Origin: an uncultured Pseudobdellovibrionaceae bacterium
Lineage (GTDB): Bacteria > Bdellovibrionota > Bdellovibrionia > Bdellovibrionales > UBA1609
NCBI GenBank assembly: GCA_963803705.1
Contig: CAWDNU010000004.1
Span: 896,001-960,000 of the forward strand
Reading direction: 5' to 3'
DNA length: 64,000 nt
This document shows, one piece after another, positions 20,651-30,017 of the stretch (the stretch's first letter is position 1; the number at the start of each line of letters is the position of its first letter). The notes beneath the pieces are model-generated. The model was not told the DNA's origin. It was given only the letters and a program-made list of their open reading frames with translations, and ran no database searches. Position numbers and translations under genes: made by a program.

Positions 20651-20893
20651 CTAAGGCTTAGATTTTGACTCTTTTAATGCCTGAGAGGCTTTTCGAATTT
20701 GTTCGATGTCTGCCTGTGACGATTTGATGTTTTCGTCTTGGATTGAAGAATAGACTTCTTCTCGGTGTATTTTTGTTTCTCTAGGAGCTTCAATACCTAG
20801 TCTAACTTGCTTGCCCTTCAACTGGACAACCGTAATCTTGATATTGTCGTCAATAGTGATTGATTCTCCAACTTTCCTTGTCAGAACTAGCAT
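20651..20893 (-). CDS. csrA: Carbon storage regulator CsrA
   Basis: [12 protein letters not shown]...VRLGIEAP...HREEVY. Confidence 0.97.
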   Translation of the reverse strand: MLVLTRKVGESITIDDNIKITVVQLKGKQVRLGIEAPRETKIHREEVYSSIQDENIKSSQADIEQIRKASQALKESKSKP

Positions 20894-20924
20894 TAGACCT
20901 CCTGTGCTGTTTAGGTCTAATGCT
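20889..20924 (-). promoter_or_regulatory. Hairpin sequestering the csrA SD and start codon
   Basis: 12-bp perfect stem AGCATTAGACCT / AGGTCTAATGCT with a 12-nt loop. Confidence 0.75.
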
Positions 20925-20949
20925 GGGTTAAAAAATTGTCAATAATAGC

Positions 20950-21213
20950 TTAAAGCTTCGTATTTTGTTTACTATCATTCACAATCTCTAAACTAAATTC
21001 TGCATTAGTATCTTGCGTGGATTCAACAGATTTGTGTTCAAGTGTATTTAATTCAATATTTTCTTTATATAAATAAGCTTTAACTATATTTTTTGAGTCA
21101 ACTTTGTAGTTTCCCTCATCAATCGCTTTTTGCAGATCTCGCAATTTTTTGTTCATTAAAAATTTACCATTGACCGGCAGGACTTTGGTCTTCTTAGCTT
21201 TGGTTTCATCCAT
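20950..21213 (-). CDS. flgM: FlgM-like anti-sigma28 factor with atypical domain layout
   Basis: KLRDLQKAIDEGNYKVDSKNIV matches the FlgM C-terminal motif; located upstream of csrA-fliW. Confidence 0.6.
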   Translation of the reverse strand: MDETKAKKTKVLPVNGKFLMNKKLRDLQKAIDEGNYKVDSKNIVKAYLYKENIELNTLEHKSVESTQDTNAEFSLEIVNDSKQNTKL

Positions 21214-21261
21214 ATTCGTTTAATATATCACTGCTAACTGGCTTTTGGAATTTTTAAACCC

Positions 21262-22179
21262 TTGGTCTTTGGCGTTTTCTTTCCTAAACTAGTCTATATG
21301 GTTATAAACAAAATCTTAATTTTTACTCTTCTATTATTTTCATTGATATCGAACGCGTCAGTACCCAAGCGTGACAACGAGATCAAAACCGTCAGATTTG
21401 ATATACCAATTACTTACAATGCAAAGGTTTCTAAATGGGTTAAGTATTTCCAAACTCGAGGAAAAAAATGGTTTCAAGTTTGGCTCAACAGATCAGAGAT
21501 GTATATTCCACATATAAATCGCCTTTTAGATCAACAGGGTTTACCTAGAGATTTGGGATACTTGGCAATGATTGAAAGCGGCTATTCTGCTCAAGCGGTT
21601 AGCAGTGCTGACGCCGTAGGTTTCTGGCAATTTATTTTACCAACAGCTCAAAAGTTTGGTCTTCAATACAGCTGGTGGATCGATGAAAGAAAAGATATTA
21701 TTAAAAGCACTTGGGCAGCCTCGAAATATTTAAGTCATTTAAAGAAGCTATTTGGATCTTGGTACCTAGCTGCATCAGGTTACAATATGGGTGAAACTAG
21801 ATTGCGAAAGCTTATTAAAAGACACAATTCTAGCGATTTTTGGATTTTATCTCAGAAAAAAGATTTTCCAGAGGAAACACGTGATTATGTCCCGAAACTT
21901 ATAGCGGCAACAATGATCGCAAAAGCTCCGAAGCTTTATGGGTTTAAGAGGCCCAATGGAAAAAAACTGGAATACAATTACCACTACGTTCCTGGGGGGA
22001 CCGATCTGTTTCGGCTTGCAGAACATTTGAAGATTGATAGAAAAGATATTACAAAACTGAATCCAGAATTAATTCATGGAATGGTTCCTAAACATGTTCC
22101 ATCTCACCGTATTCGAATTCCCATGGGCTCTGCAAAAAAAGTTGCTAAATATCTAAGACGTGAAAACCCTAAGCTCTAA
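21262..22179 (+). CDS. MltD-like lytic murein transglycosylase
   Basis: AMIESG, GFWQF, YNMGE, ETRDYVPK. Confidence 0.9.
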   Translation: MVFGVFFPKLVYMVINKILIFTLLLFSLISNASVPKRDNEIKTVRFDIPITYNAKVSKWVKYFQTRGKKWFQVWLNRSEMYIPHINRLLDQQGLPRDLGYLAMIESGYSAQAVSSADAVGFWQFILPTAQKFGLQYSWWIDERKDIIKSTWAASKYLSHLKKLFGSWYLAASGYNMGETRLRKLIKRHNSSDFWILSQKKDFPEETRDYVPKLIAATMIAKAPKLYGFKRPNGKKLEYNYHYVPGGTDLFRLAEHLKIDRKDITKLNPELIHGMVPKHVPSHRIRIPMGSAKKVAKYLRRENPKL

Positions 22180-22194
22180 GAATTTTTTTAATAA

Positions 22195-23402
22195 ATGGAT
22201 TTAAATATGGTCGTTAAAAAATATGGAGGAAGCTCGTTAGCCACCCCCGATCATATCTTGGCAGTAGCTTCTCAGATAAAAAGCCATTTAAAGCTTACTC
22301 CCGAACCTTTAATAGTTGTAGTCAGCGCCATGGGCGACACCACCGATAAACTGTTAAAAATGGGGCGTGAAATGCATCATATGGCCTCGGCGCGAGAACT
22401 AGACATGTTAATTTCTGCCGGAGAGCGTATGAGCATGGCTCTAATGACCATCGCCCTTCAAAAACTTGGTTTGCAGGCGATAAGTTTTACTGGTAGCCAG
22501 GCAGGAATAATGACATCTCATACACACGGCCATGCATTTATCAACGAGATCAAGCCCATAAGGGTAGACGAAGAGCTTAAAAAAAATAAAGTTGTGGTTA
22601 TAGCCGGTTTCCAAGGTGTTGATCCAATCACTAAAGAAGTGACAACTTTAGGCCGTGGCGGGACAGATACTACAGCAGTAGCGTTTGCCGCTCATTACAA
22701 TGCAAGGCAATGCGAGCTTTATAAAGACGTTGATGGTTTGCTTAACGGTCCTCCTGAATTTTTTGAATCTGGCCACCTTGTGGCTCAGGTGAGCTATGAA
22801 GTGCTTCTAAGTATGTGCTATTGGGGTTGTAAGGTGGTTCAGAGCCGGGCTGTCGAGCTGGCCCAAAAATATAACGTGCCATTAGCAATAGGTTCATGGA
22901 AAACAAATAGAATCGGAACTTTAGTCAAAAGTCAGTTTTAAATCGAAATGGAATAAAGATGGAAAATTTAGATAAGATATGCGTTAGCTATGTAAAACCT
23001 ATTTATACTGTAAGCAGTAACCAAAATTTAGTGCATTCTATAAACCGGCTGAACCATGTCAGCCTTAAAATGGATATTCCCTTTTCACAGGTTATTGCTT
23101 CTACTGAATTTGCGCCGGAGAAATCCCGAGTAATGTTTACCGGGCATGAAGATTGGGTGCATATTTTTTTTAAGCATCTTGAATCAGAAGGATTTCAACT
23201 GTCTTTAAACGTCCAACATGGTCTTTTTATATCTGGGTTTGGAATATCATCCTCAAACTATGAACAGAAAGTCTTTGAACATTTGGGCTTAAAAAACATT
23301 CACGTTTCAAAATACATCAGAGACGCCAAAGGATTACTTTTAGTATTCCCAGAAAGCCATCAGGACACCTTTGTTCAATTTTCTAAATTTTTGATTGATT
23401 AA
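22195..23402 (+). CDS. lysC: Aspartate kinase, split at 22941/22959 into kinase and ACT-like parts
   Basis: KYGGSS, VVSAMG, TTLGRGGTD. Adding one base near 22930 fuses the two ORFs in frame. Confidence 0.85.
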
Positions 23403-23644
23403 AAAATTTAAACTTAGTTTCCGTTCATGTGAGTTGTTAGATTTATGAATGCAGAAACCGAAATCAATTTTTTTGAATATAATTCTTTTGAATACTGACT
23501 TTGATTTACAGGTTTCAAAGCATCGTAAACAGTTAATTTTTTTGAATTCACATCGTCAAACAAAGCATCAATTTTAAAAAGTAAATTTAAATCAATACTA
23601 GATTAAACTCCAGACAAAACCAAAAGGTAACAGTTCCCTTTCAG

Positions 23645-24673
23645 TTAAAAGTTCCATTGGGAAACAAGTCTAACTTGAAAGGATTGCTCTTTGACAAGAT
23701 CATTCGTTAAATTTTGGATTTCACTTCGTTCAATGTAGGCTTTGATATTTTTATTTAGCATATAGCCCAAACCCACAGTCGAATAAGCCTCAAGCACAGA
23801 GGTGTTGTTCTGTGTCCATTGCTCTAAAGCAAGCACGGATCTTAAAAGAAAAGATCTCAGTTGAAGCTCTGGAAATATCATCCCAGCAAACCCTCGATTT
23901 GTAGCTCCATTTAGCGATGTTTGAAGTGCAAAAATTTCAGAGCTTAAATTTAATTTAAGCCAAGATTTGAAAAAATAAACTTCCAAGTCGCTAAATTCTA
24001 AACCCACGCCTTCAATCAAGGCTTGGGTTTCGTATTTCCTCGCAAAATAGTTTAATGACAAATTAAAATGATCATTTTTCCAACTTAATTTTAGATGATG
24101 GGGGACGACGTCTAATCTTTGGTTTTGAGAATCGGTTTGTCGAAGATTTCGTCCTAAAAATACAAAACTACTTAGACTTAAACGTTCATTGAAAAACAAG
24201 GTGTTAAGTCCAACTCCTGAATCAATCCCTCGGGGTAGGTCATAAAGAATGTTATAGTACGAAGGCATAAAACTTAGAACACCATCAAGATCGTTAAGTA
24301 GGCCATATTCAAGCTTTGTGGCTCCTGCAAAAACTTGAGATGGAATCTTAGTATTTAGTTTGGATGTCACGTAAAATTCGCCAACAGCAACATTAACATC
24401 ATTCGTTATTGAACTTTGTTCGCCTAGGATTTCGAATCTAAATTTGTTACCTTCATCCATAAGGTTAAGACCTAGGGAAAGATTCCTAACATTGGAGCGG
24501 GTGGGGTTGTTCGTGGATCTCAGTTGATCCTGCATAGCTTCTAAGGATAATTCCGCATCGATAGCATATTTTTTTTTCGGGCCGTCAGGCGTGTAAAATA
24601 AAGCCGGTCGATTTTGTGCCAAAGACAAAGTGCTTAAAAAAATTGAAGCTAAAATTAGAACCTTAGAAAACAT
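23645..24673 (-). CDS. Putative outer-membrane beta-barrel/porin
   Basis: Signal peptide, amphipathic strands, C-terminal WNF. Confidence 0.65.
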   Translation of the reverse strand: MFSKVLILASIFLSTLSLAQNRPALFYTPDGPKKKYAIDAELSLEAMQDQLRSTNNPTRSNVRNLSLGLNLMDEGNKFRFEILGEQSSITNDVNVAVGEFYVTSKLNTKIPSQVFAGATKLEYGLLNDLDGVLSFMPSYYNILYDLPRGIDSGVGLNTLFFNERLSLSSFVFLGRNLRQTDSQNQRLDVVPHHLKLSWKNDHFNLSLNYFARKYETQALIEGVGLEFSDLEVYFFKSWLKLNLSSEIFALQTSLNGATNRGFAGMIFPELQLRSFLLRSVLALEQWTQNNTSVLEAYSTVGLGYMLNKNIKAYIERSEIQNLTNDLVKEQSFQVRLVSQWNF

Positions 24674-25325
24674 AGGCTTCAGTCCGTGATACAGATTTCA
24701 CTTTAATTTTATTAAGCTCTAAACCCCATAAATTTCCTAAACCAAACATATTGATCGGCGCATACAAATTGTGTGAGGAACATTCTGCCGTATTGATGTT
24801 TGATGCATTAAAATTTCTTCTGCGATTTTCAGAAAACTGATCGGATTGGTTCCAAATACTGATCACAGGTCCTGTAGCCTGAGAGTTTAACAATTGTAAT
24901 TTTAATCGCACATCATTGTTGGTGGTTAAAAAATTTTCTAAATGGCAGAGATGGAACATAGGGTAATCTTGCATGAAAACATCCACTTCAAGATTTTTAC
25001 CATTCATTGTAAAACGCACAGATGTTCCTGATTTTGTCGACATAGAGTTCGTATAAGCTACAAGAGTCAAGGAACTGCTGGGCTCTAGCATGTTAAAAAC
25101 TAAATCTAAGCTTAAAGAATCCTTGTAGTTTGTCAGTTGATCCTTGGCCAACAGACGAGTGATATCTCTTTGTGTGTTCGCTTTCATAAGGTCGGATGCG
25201 GAATAATCGACACGGCTATCGATATCCGTAAAATCAACATTTAAAGATTCGGCTTCACCACAATTTACCAAAATAGATAAACAGATCGGTATCAACAAAA
25301 AGGAGTTTATTTTATTGATTGTCAC
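24663..25325 (-). CDS. Hypothetical lipoprotein, beta-rich
   Basis: Lipobox-like LVNC; overlaps both neighbours. Confidence 0.65.
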   Translation of the reverse strand: MTINKINSFLLIPICLSILVNCGEAESLNVDFTDIDSRVDYSASDLMKANTQRDITRLLAKDQLTNYKDSLSLDLVFNMLEPSSSLTLVAYTNSMSTKSGTSVRFTMNGKNLEVDVFMQDYPMFHLCHLENFLTTNNDVRLKLQLLNSQATGPVISIWNQSDQFSENRRRNFNASNINTAECSSHNLYAPINMFGLGNLWGLELNKIKVKSVSRTEAYVF

Positions 25326-26643
25326 TTGGACGAACCCCTTCGCTATTTGGCTGATCGTTGCTGTACCTGATTAAAGCGTCGTAAAAGAATTTATCTGATA
25401 GTCTTGAGGCATAAAAAACAGCGCTCATTCCATCGGTGTCTTCATGATTTACATGTCCTCTAAAATTATAAAAAATGTTCCACAGATTAAAAATTTCCAA
25501 TTGGTCTTCAAGTAAATGAAAGATATCTTTAAAATCCTGACTGATGGGACTTTCAAAAAGATCCATATGGCTAAGCATGTAAGTTAGAGGGAACTGGTCT
25601 CTATCGTTGTAAATCGTAGGACTCATTTCCGCGCAATTTAATAGGGCTCTTGCGCCTTCGAAAGACCCAAAGCCAGCAGCCAAGTGCATGGGGGTGTTGC
25701 CTTCAATATTTTTATTATTAACTAAGCTTCTCCAGAAAGGGAAAACAGATGAATCTCGTAAAAATGTAAACGTCGAATCGATTCCGTAGACAATATGATC
25801 CACCCCGGATTTTACATATTTAAAGCCCCAAGTGTCGCTCTCTTCCCACCAATCGTAGCCGCATGTTCTGTCAGAGAACCACTGAATGACGTCATATCGA
25901 TTGTACTTAGCAGCTGTGTGTAAAAAATTATTTCCATCAACATCTGTTTGCCAAAATAAATCACTCCAGATCGTAAGCGAGTCAGCAGTTCTTAAAAACC
26001 AAGATGTGGCCAGTAGATCCATAAAGATTTTTGATTGCGCGTAATGACTCGCATTTCTTCCGTAGGTGTCTGGAAAATCGAAGTTAGAAAAATATTGTCC
26101 TGGGCTTAAGTTCAATAAGCCGTTAATCGAATTTTGATATCGACGCTGAATCACTTCAAATGAAAGATAGTCATCGGTCTCAGCTAAAAGTGAAATGAAA
26201 CTCCGGCCCTCAGAGTTTGGAATTTGAAGTTCCATCAAAGTCATTCTTTCAATTATTAAAGGGATCATTTCCGAACGTCTTAATTTAATGGCTACAGCTA
26301 AAGCTGTATCTTCAGGCTGACCGTTATCATCTCTATTTTTTTTAGCCAATTGGTCTTTGTTTTCGTTCAAAGCGGATTCAAGATTTTCAATGTCATTTTG
26401 GTAAATAACACGGAATAAGGACGAAGGGGCAAGCCTTTGCTGATCGACTGTGCTTAATTGGTAAAAGTATTCAGAGTTCACTGTGTATGTTTCGTCCTTG
26501 TCACTGGCACAACCCGCAATGCTTAAGAAAAACAAAGCGCCATAGACGACTAAAAAACTTTTAATTCTTAGAGCTTTTAGAATTAGTGAATGAATAAAAA
26601 AATTCAATAAAAAGCTTTGTGAAAATAATACTCGGTGATTCAT
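25312..26643 (-). CDS. Ankyrin-repeat lipoprotein
   Basis: IAGC lipobox; GNNFLHTAA, GNTPMHLAA, GMSAVFYAS repeats. Confidence 0.8.
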   Translation of the reverse strand: MNHRVLFSQSFLLNFFIHSLILKALRIKSFLVVYGALFFLSIAGCASDKDETYTVNSEYFYQLSTVDQQRLAPSSLFRVIYQNDIENLESALNENKDQLAKKNRDDNGQPEDTALAVAIKLRRSEMIPLIIERMTLMELQIPNSEGRSFISLLAETDDYLSFEVIQRRYQNSINGLLNLSPGQYFSNFDFPDTYGRNASHYAQSKIFMDLLATSWFLRTADSLTIWSDLFWQTDVDGNNFLHTAAKYNRYDVIQWFSDRTCGYDWWEESDTWGFKYVKSGVDHIVYGIDSTFTFLRDSSVFPFWRSLVNNKNIEGNTPMHLAAGFGSFEGARALLNCAEMSPTIYNDRDQFPLTYMLSHMDLFESPISQDFKDIFHLLEDQLEIFNLWNIFYNFRGHVNHEDTDGMSAVFYASRLSDKFFYDALIRYSNDQPNSEGVRPSDNQ

Positions 26644-26797
26644 TAATTTTCCTCTGGAAGTCCTAGGGTAGATACTGGCTTCAAGTTTTAATGTCTATAG
26701 GAATCGGGAATTGAATCGCAATAATTCTACAATTGAAAAGGAGATGAGAGGACCATTTAAAAATCTTTATTTTTAATATGATCAAGGCTAGATAGGC

Positions 26798-28768
26798 GTG
26801 ATGTTTAAGAGATTAAATTCTATTCCAAATTATGCACTGAAAATGTTTATAAGCCTTTCTTTGGCAATAAACATTTTTGCGATATACAGTGTTCAAGCCC
26901 ACGAAACGGCAGCGAATGAATCTGTTCCTTTTGAGCGTATTTACGCCGCCATACTCGATAAAGCCGCAAACCTTGATTTCGAGGAGCTTCCAGAAAATTC
27001 CCATAATTATGAGGCTTATCTTCGTGGTTCAAAAAAGTATGTGATCGTAGGCCCAAGGCAATATGTCAAAGTCGACAATGCCTTCGAAGGGCTTGTTGAA
27101 AATATCGGTCGACTTTACTTGGCTGAATTTGAACAAGATTGTGAAGAGTGTGTTTTGCCATCCTTAGAAAGTTTAACCAATGAAGCTTTGTCTAAAGTTG
27201 CCAAGGGTTGGTTTAGTGAAAATGTCAGAAAAGCCAAAGAGCTTTTAGCTTACCGATATGCTGGAGCGTTTGTGACTTTAGGTGGCCGTTATGGACCAGC
27301 GGCTGGTGTGATAAAACTTGTGGGCGAGTTGATGGAAGAGATGATGCTTATTTTGTTTAAACTTCCTGGAGCTCATATTTTTTGTGAAGTGATCACTGCT
27401 GCGATCGCCATCTATGCTGGGAAAACAAATACGGTCTTAAGATCATTTGGTTTGTCGCAATACTCGAACATGTCCTTTTTAAGTCAACCCAGAGCTGTTG
27501 CTCGATTGACTGCTACTTCGTTTGTTATGAGACGCGCTTTGAAACGAATGGCTATCGGAGTTCAAAGCTTTGATATAAATCAAGAAGAGCTTGAGCACTT
27601 TGTAAAAGAAGAAAAAGAAGATAAGCTTTGGTACAGATTTAAAAACTTTCTTGGGCGTACAAATCAAAATCACCGTGTGGTTCATTTTTTAAGTTCATTG
27701 CAACAGAAAACTGAAGCAGAGAATGCTCGTGTTAGTATTCGAAGTCGAAATAAAACCATTGGTGAAATCACAGATTTAAGTAGAAACGAAGAGACCGTGA
27801 ATGAGATGTACCTTAAAGATATGAAACTTAAGGTCTATCAAGGAAGTAGATATGGTTGGATGTTTTTTTTAAAAAGACGTAAACAAAAAGATTCCTTGTC
27901 CCAGTTTGCAGACAATAGTGCATCCGTCACAAACTCCCGCGCCTTTTGGTTAGTTGGACTAAAAAATGATATTTTGGATCCTTTAACAAATTCGAAAGCT
28001 GTTCAAGCGGATTACGATTCTCAAGCGCGCATGTCATTTAGACTTGAATTAGATACCATCACTGAAAAACAAATCAACGAGTATTCGAAAACCAATCCCG
28101 ATGGTGCTGAAGGCATTTTTAAAAGTCTTGATGCCATCACGGACTATGGATCACTTTCGATGGGTGAGCGACGTATCCAACTTGCATTCTTTCAAAGCTT
28201 TGTTGCTGAAGTGATGCCGCGACTTATGAATAAGATGGTTGAGTCAGTTTTTCATCAGTACAGTGAAGACGAAAAGAAATTAATGCGTGTGTATTCATTG
28301 TACTATCGCGTAGGGGAAATCACCTTCTACGCTGAACAGTTGGTAGACTTTTTAAGATTTGCCGCCGTGGCTAAATCAAGTTCAGATCCTTTTTTGAAGT
28401 ACCATATTCGAGATTATTATTTAAAAATTAACGAAGCGATGTCTTTAGTGGCCTCTTTTGAGAGTTCAAGATCTCTAGACGATCTAATGAAATTATTGAA
28501 CACATTGAAAACAAAAACTAATGACTTAAAAGCCAATCGTTTTTGGATTGAGAAGAAAAATGAAATCGGTTTTTTGCCCTCTTCGCTAACGAATGTAACC
28601 AACTATGTTTTTCACCCGTTTAGTCACCCTTCACAAAAAGTAAAAGATCGACTTCATTATTTTGAAGACCTTTACGACTTTGGAACCGATGGTTTTAAAT
28701 CAAAAGAAAGATATAAACGCCCAAGATACAAATCAGGAGCACCCGCATGCGAAAGCTTATATCTTTAA
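26798..28768 (+). CDS. Large secreted hypothetical protein
   Basis: 656-aa ORF, signal peptide (VQA-H), ends in CESLYL. Confidence 0.75.
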   Translation: MMFKRLNSIPNYALKMFISLSLAINIFAIYSVQAHETAANESVPFERIYAAILDKAANLDFEELPENSHNYEAYLRGSKKYVIVGPRQYVKVDNAFEGLVENIGRLYLAEFEQDCEECVLPSLESLTNEALSKVAKGWFSENVRKAKELLAYRYAGAFVTLGGRYGPAAGVIKLVGELMEEMMLILFKLPGAHIFCEVITAAIAIYAGKTNTVLRSFGLSQYSNMSFLSQPRAVARLTATSFVMRRALKRMAIGVQSFDINQEELEHFVKEEKEDKLWYRFKNFLGRTNQNHRVVHFLSSLQQKTEAENARVSIRSRNKTIGEITDLSRNEETVNEMYLKDMKLKVYQGSRYGWMFFLKRRKQKDSLSQFADNSASVTNSRAFWLVGLKNDILDPLTNSKAVQADYDSQARMSFRLELDTITEKQINEYSKTNPDGAEGIFKSLDAITDYGSLSMGERRIQLAFFQSFVAEVMPRLMNKMVESVFHQYSEDEKKLMRVYSLYYRVGEITFYAEQLVDFLRFAAVAKSSSDPFLKYHIRDYYLKINEAMSLVASFESSRSLDDLMKLLNTLKTKTNDLKANRFWIEKKNEIGFLPSSLTNVTNYVFHPFSHPSQKVKDRLHYFEDLYDFGTDGFKSKERYKRPRYKSGAPACESLYL

Positions 28769-29334
28769 TTTGCATCTTCAGTGCTGTTAGTTTTTCTTTC
28801 TATAAAAAGGCTGACGGTTCCCATTCGTGCGAAACTTTTCTAGCAAAGATCAACACGGATTATCCTGAAAAATTAAGTAACACTTTAAGTAAAGCGCGCG
28901 CGATTTTGGATAAATCTAAAAATCTTAAGTTTATTTCTAATTCTAAGTACATTCATCTTTTAGAAGATTTAGAGGAACTATCAAAGAACTTAAATAAAAA
29001 ATCTGAAAATCAAAGTTTTACGGAAATCATAAATAAGTGGAATGATTTTTCATTGATTTTGAAAAAACAAATTCAATCTTTTGAACGTTTACCAGAAATT
29101 GAGCAGAAGCTGTATTTTGAAAAAATGAAGTTACCGATTTCGTTTATGACTTCCCACTTCATCACATTCCTGGAGACTAAACATTTAAAATTTAGCTATC
29201 AAAGAATGTACTCTATCCTTAAATTCACCTCTGAATTAGAGGAAAATTCAGACCTTATTTTATTTTTGTTCGAATTCGAAAAACAGGTTCTAAAATTCTT
29301 TTCTAAAAATGAATTTATTGACTGTCTAGCTTAA
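28747..29334 (+). CDS. Secreted hypothetical protein
   Basis: Signal peptide followed by SCETFL; overlaps the previous gene. Confidence 0.65.
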   Translation: MRKLISLICIFSAVSFSFYKKADGSHSCETFLAKINTDYPEKLSNTLSKARAILDKSKNLKFISNSKYIHLLEDLEELSKNLNKKSENQSFTEIINKWNDFSLILKKQIQSFERLPEIEQKLYFEKMKLPISFMTSHFITFLETKHLKFSYQRMYSILKFTSELEENSDLILFLFEFEKQVLKFFSKNEFIDCLA

Positions 29335-29561
29335 AATAGAAAGGCCATTTTCAGCGTATTCGTAATATCAAATTTTATTTTCTGTTGTCGAAATGCTAAG
29401 GCTTTTTGAATTGACAATTTACTGCTCTGTAAAATGGTTCTGAATACTTCTTATGTGTCTTTTGGCGATAAACTGCTCGGAAATCATTTGTTATTAGCTG
29501 CGCCAATAAAGTTAGACAGCTTGTCAGATTTTCTGAACAGGCCGCTCAGCGGCTTTAAGCT

Positions 29562-29860
29562 TCAGGCGTAACCGATCTCGTGACACCATTTTCTTAATGT
29601 TTCGTATTTGATGGTGATGTTAAACTCTTCAATTAACTTTTCCCGAAGTTGGCCCATATTAAAATCAAAATAGCGCTCTTTAATTAAAGCCTGGGTGTGA
29701 TATTTTATAGCTTCTGGTATTTTTTTTTGAAAGATATTTACACAGTTGCCATGCTTAACAAGGCAAATGCCTTTTCTCTGAAAGATTTTAGATACCTTCG
29801 CAAAGTACGTTCTGAAACTTTTAAAATTTAACACGCATCTAAAGTTCTAATTTAAGTTAT
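29562..29860 (-). pseudogene. ISNCY/IS1202-like transposase N-terminal remnant
   Basis: Across a frameshift it reads KVSERTLRRYLKSFREK...VKHGN...YFDFN...LREKL...YETLRKWC; no DDE domain follows. Confidence 0.75.
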
Positions 29861-29964
29861 AAGGGGCAGATAAAGCACCACAATCACTTTTTTCCCTTGC
29901 TTGCCTAGTTCACTCGTATTAACTCATAAGTAAATGTCGAATAGGTAAAACTGAGTTGCATAAC

Positions 29965-29980
29965 CGGCACAAGCTTTGCA
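29965..29980 (+). promoter_or_regulatory. Sigma54 -24/-12 promoter
   Basis: CGGCACAAGCTTTGCA with GG-N10-GC spacing, 37 nt before ATG 30018. Confidence 0.7.
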
Positions 29981-30017
29981 TTTCAGATAGTTTTATTCTA
30001 ATAGTAAAGGCATAAAT

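Noticed and set aside
29562..29860. Active IS element
   Set aside because: Frameshifted, lacks the catalytic domain, and no paired terminal repeats were identified.
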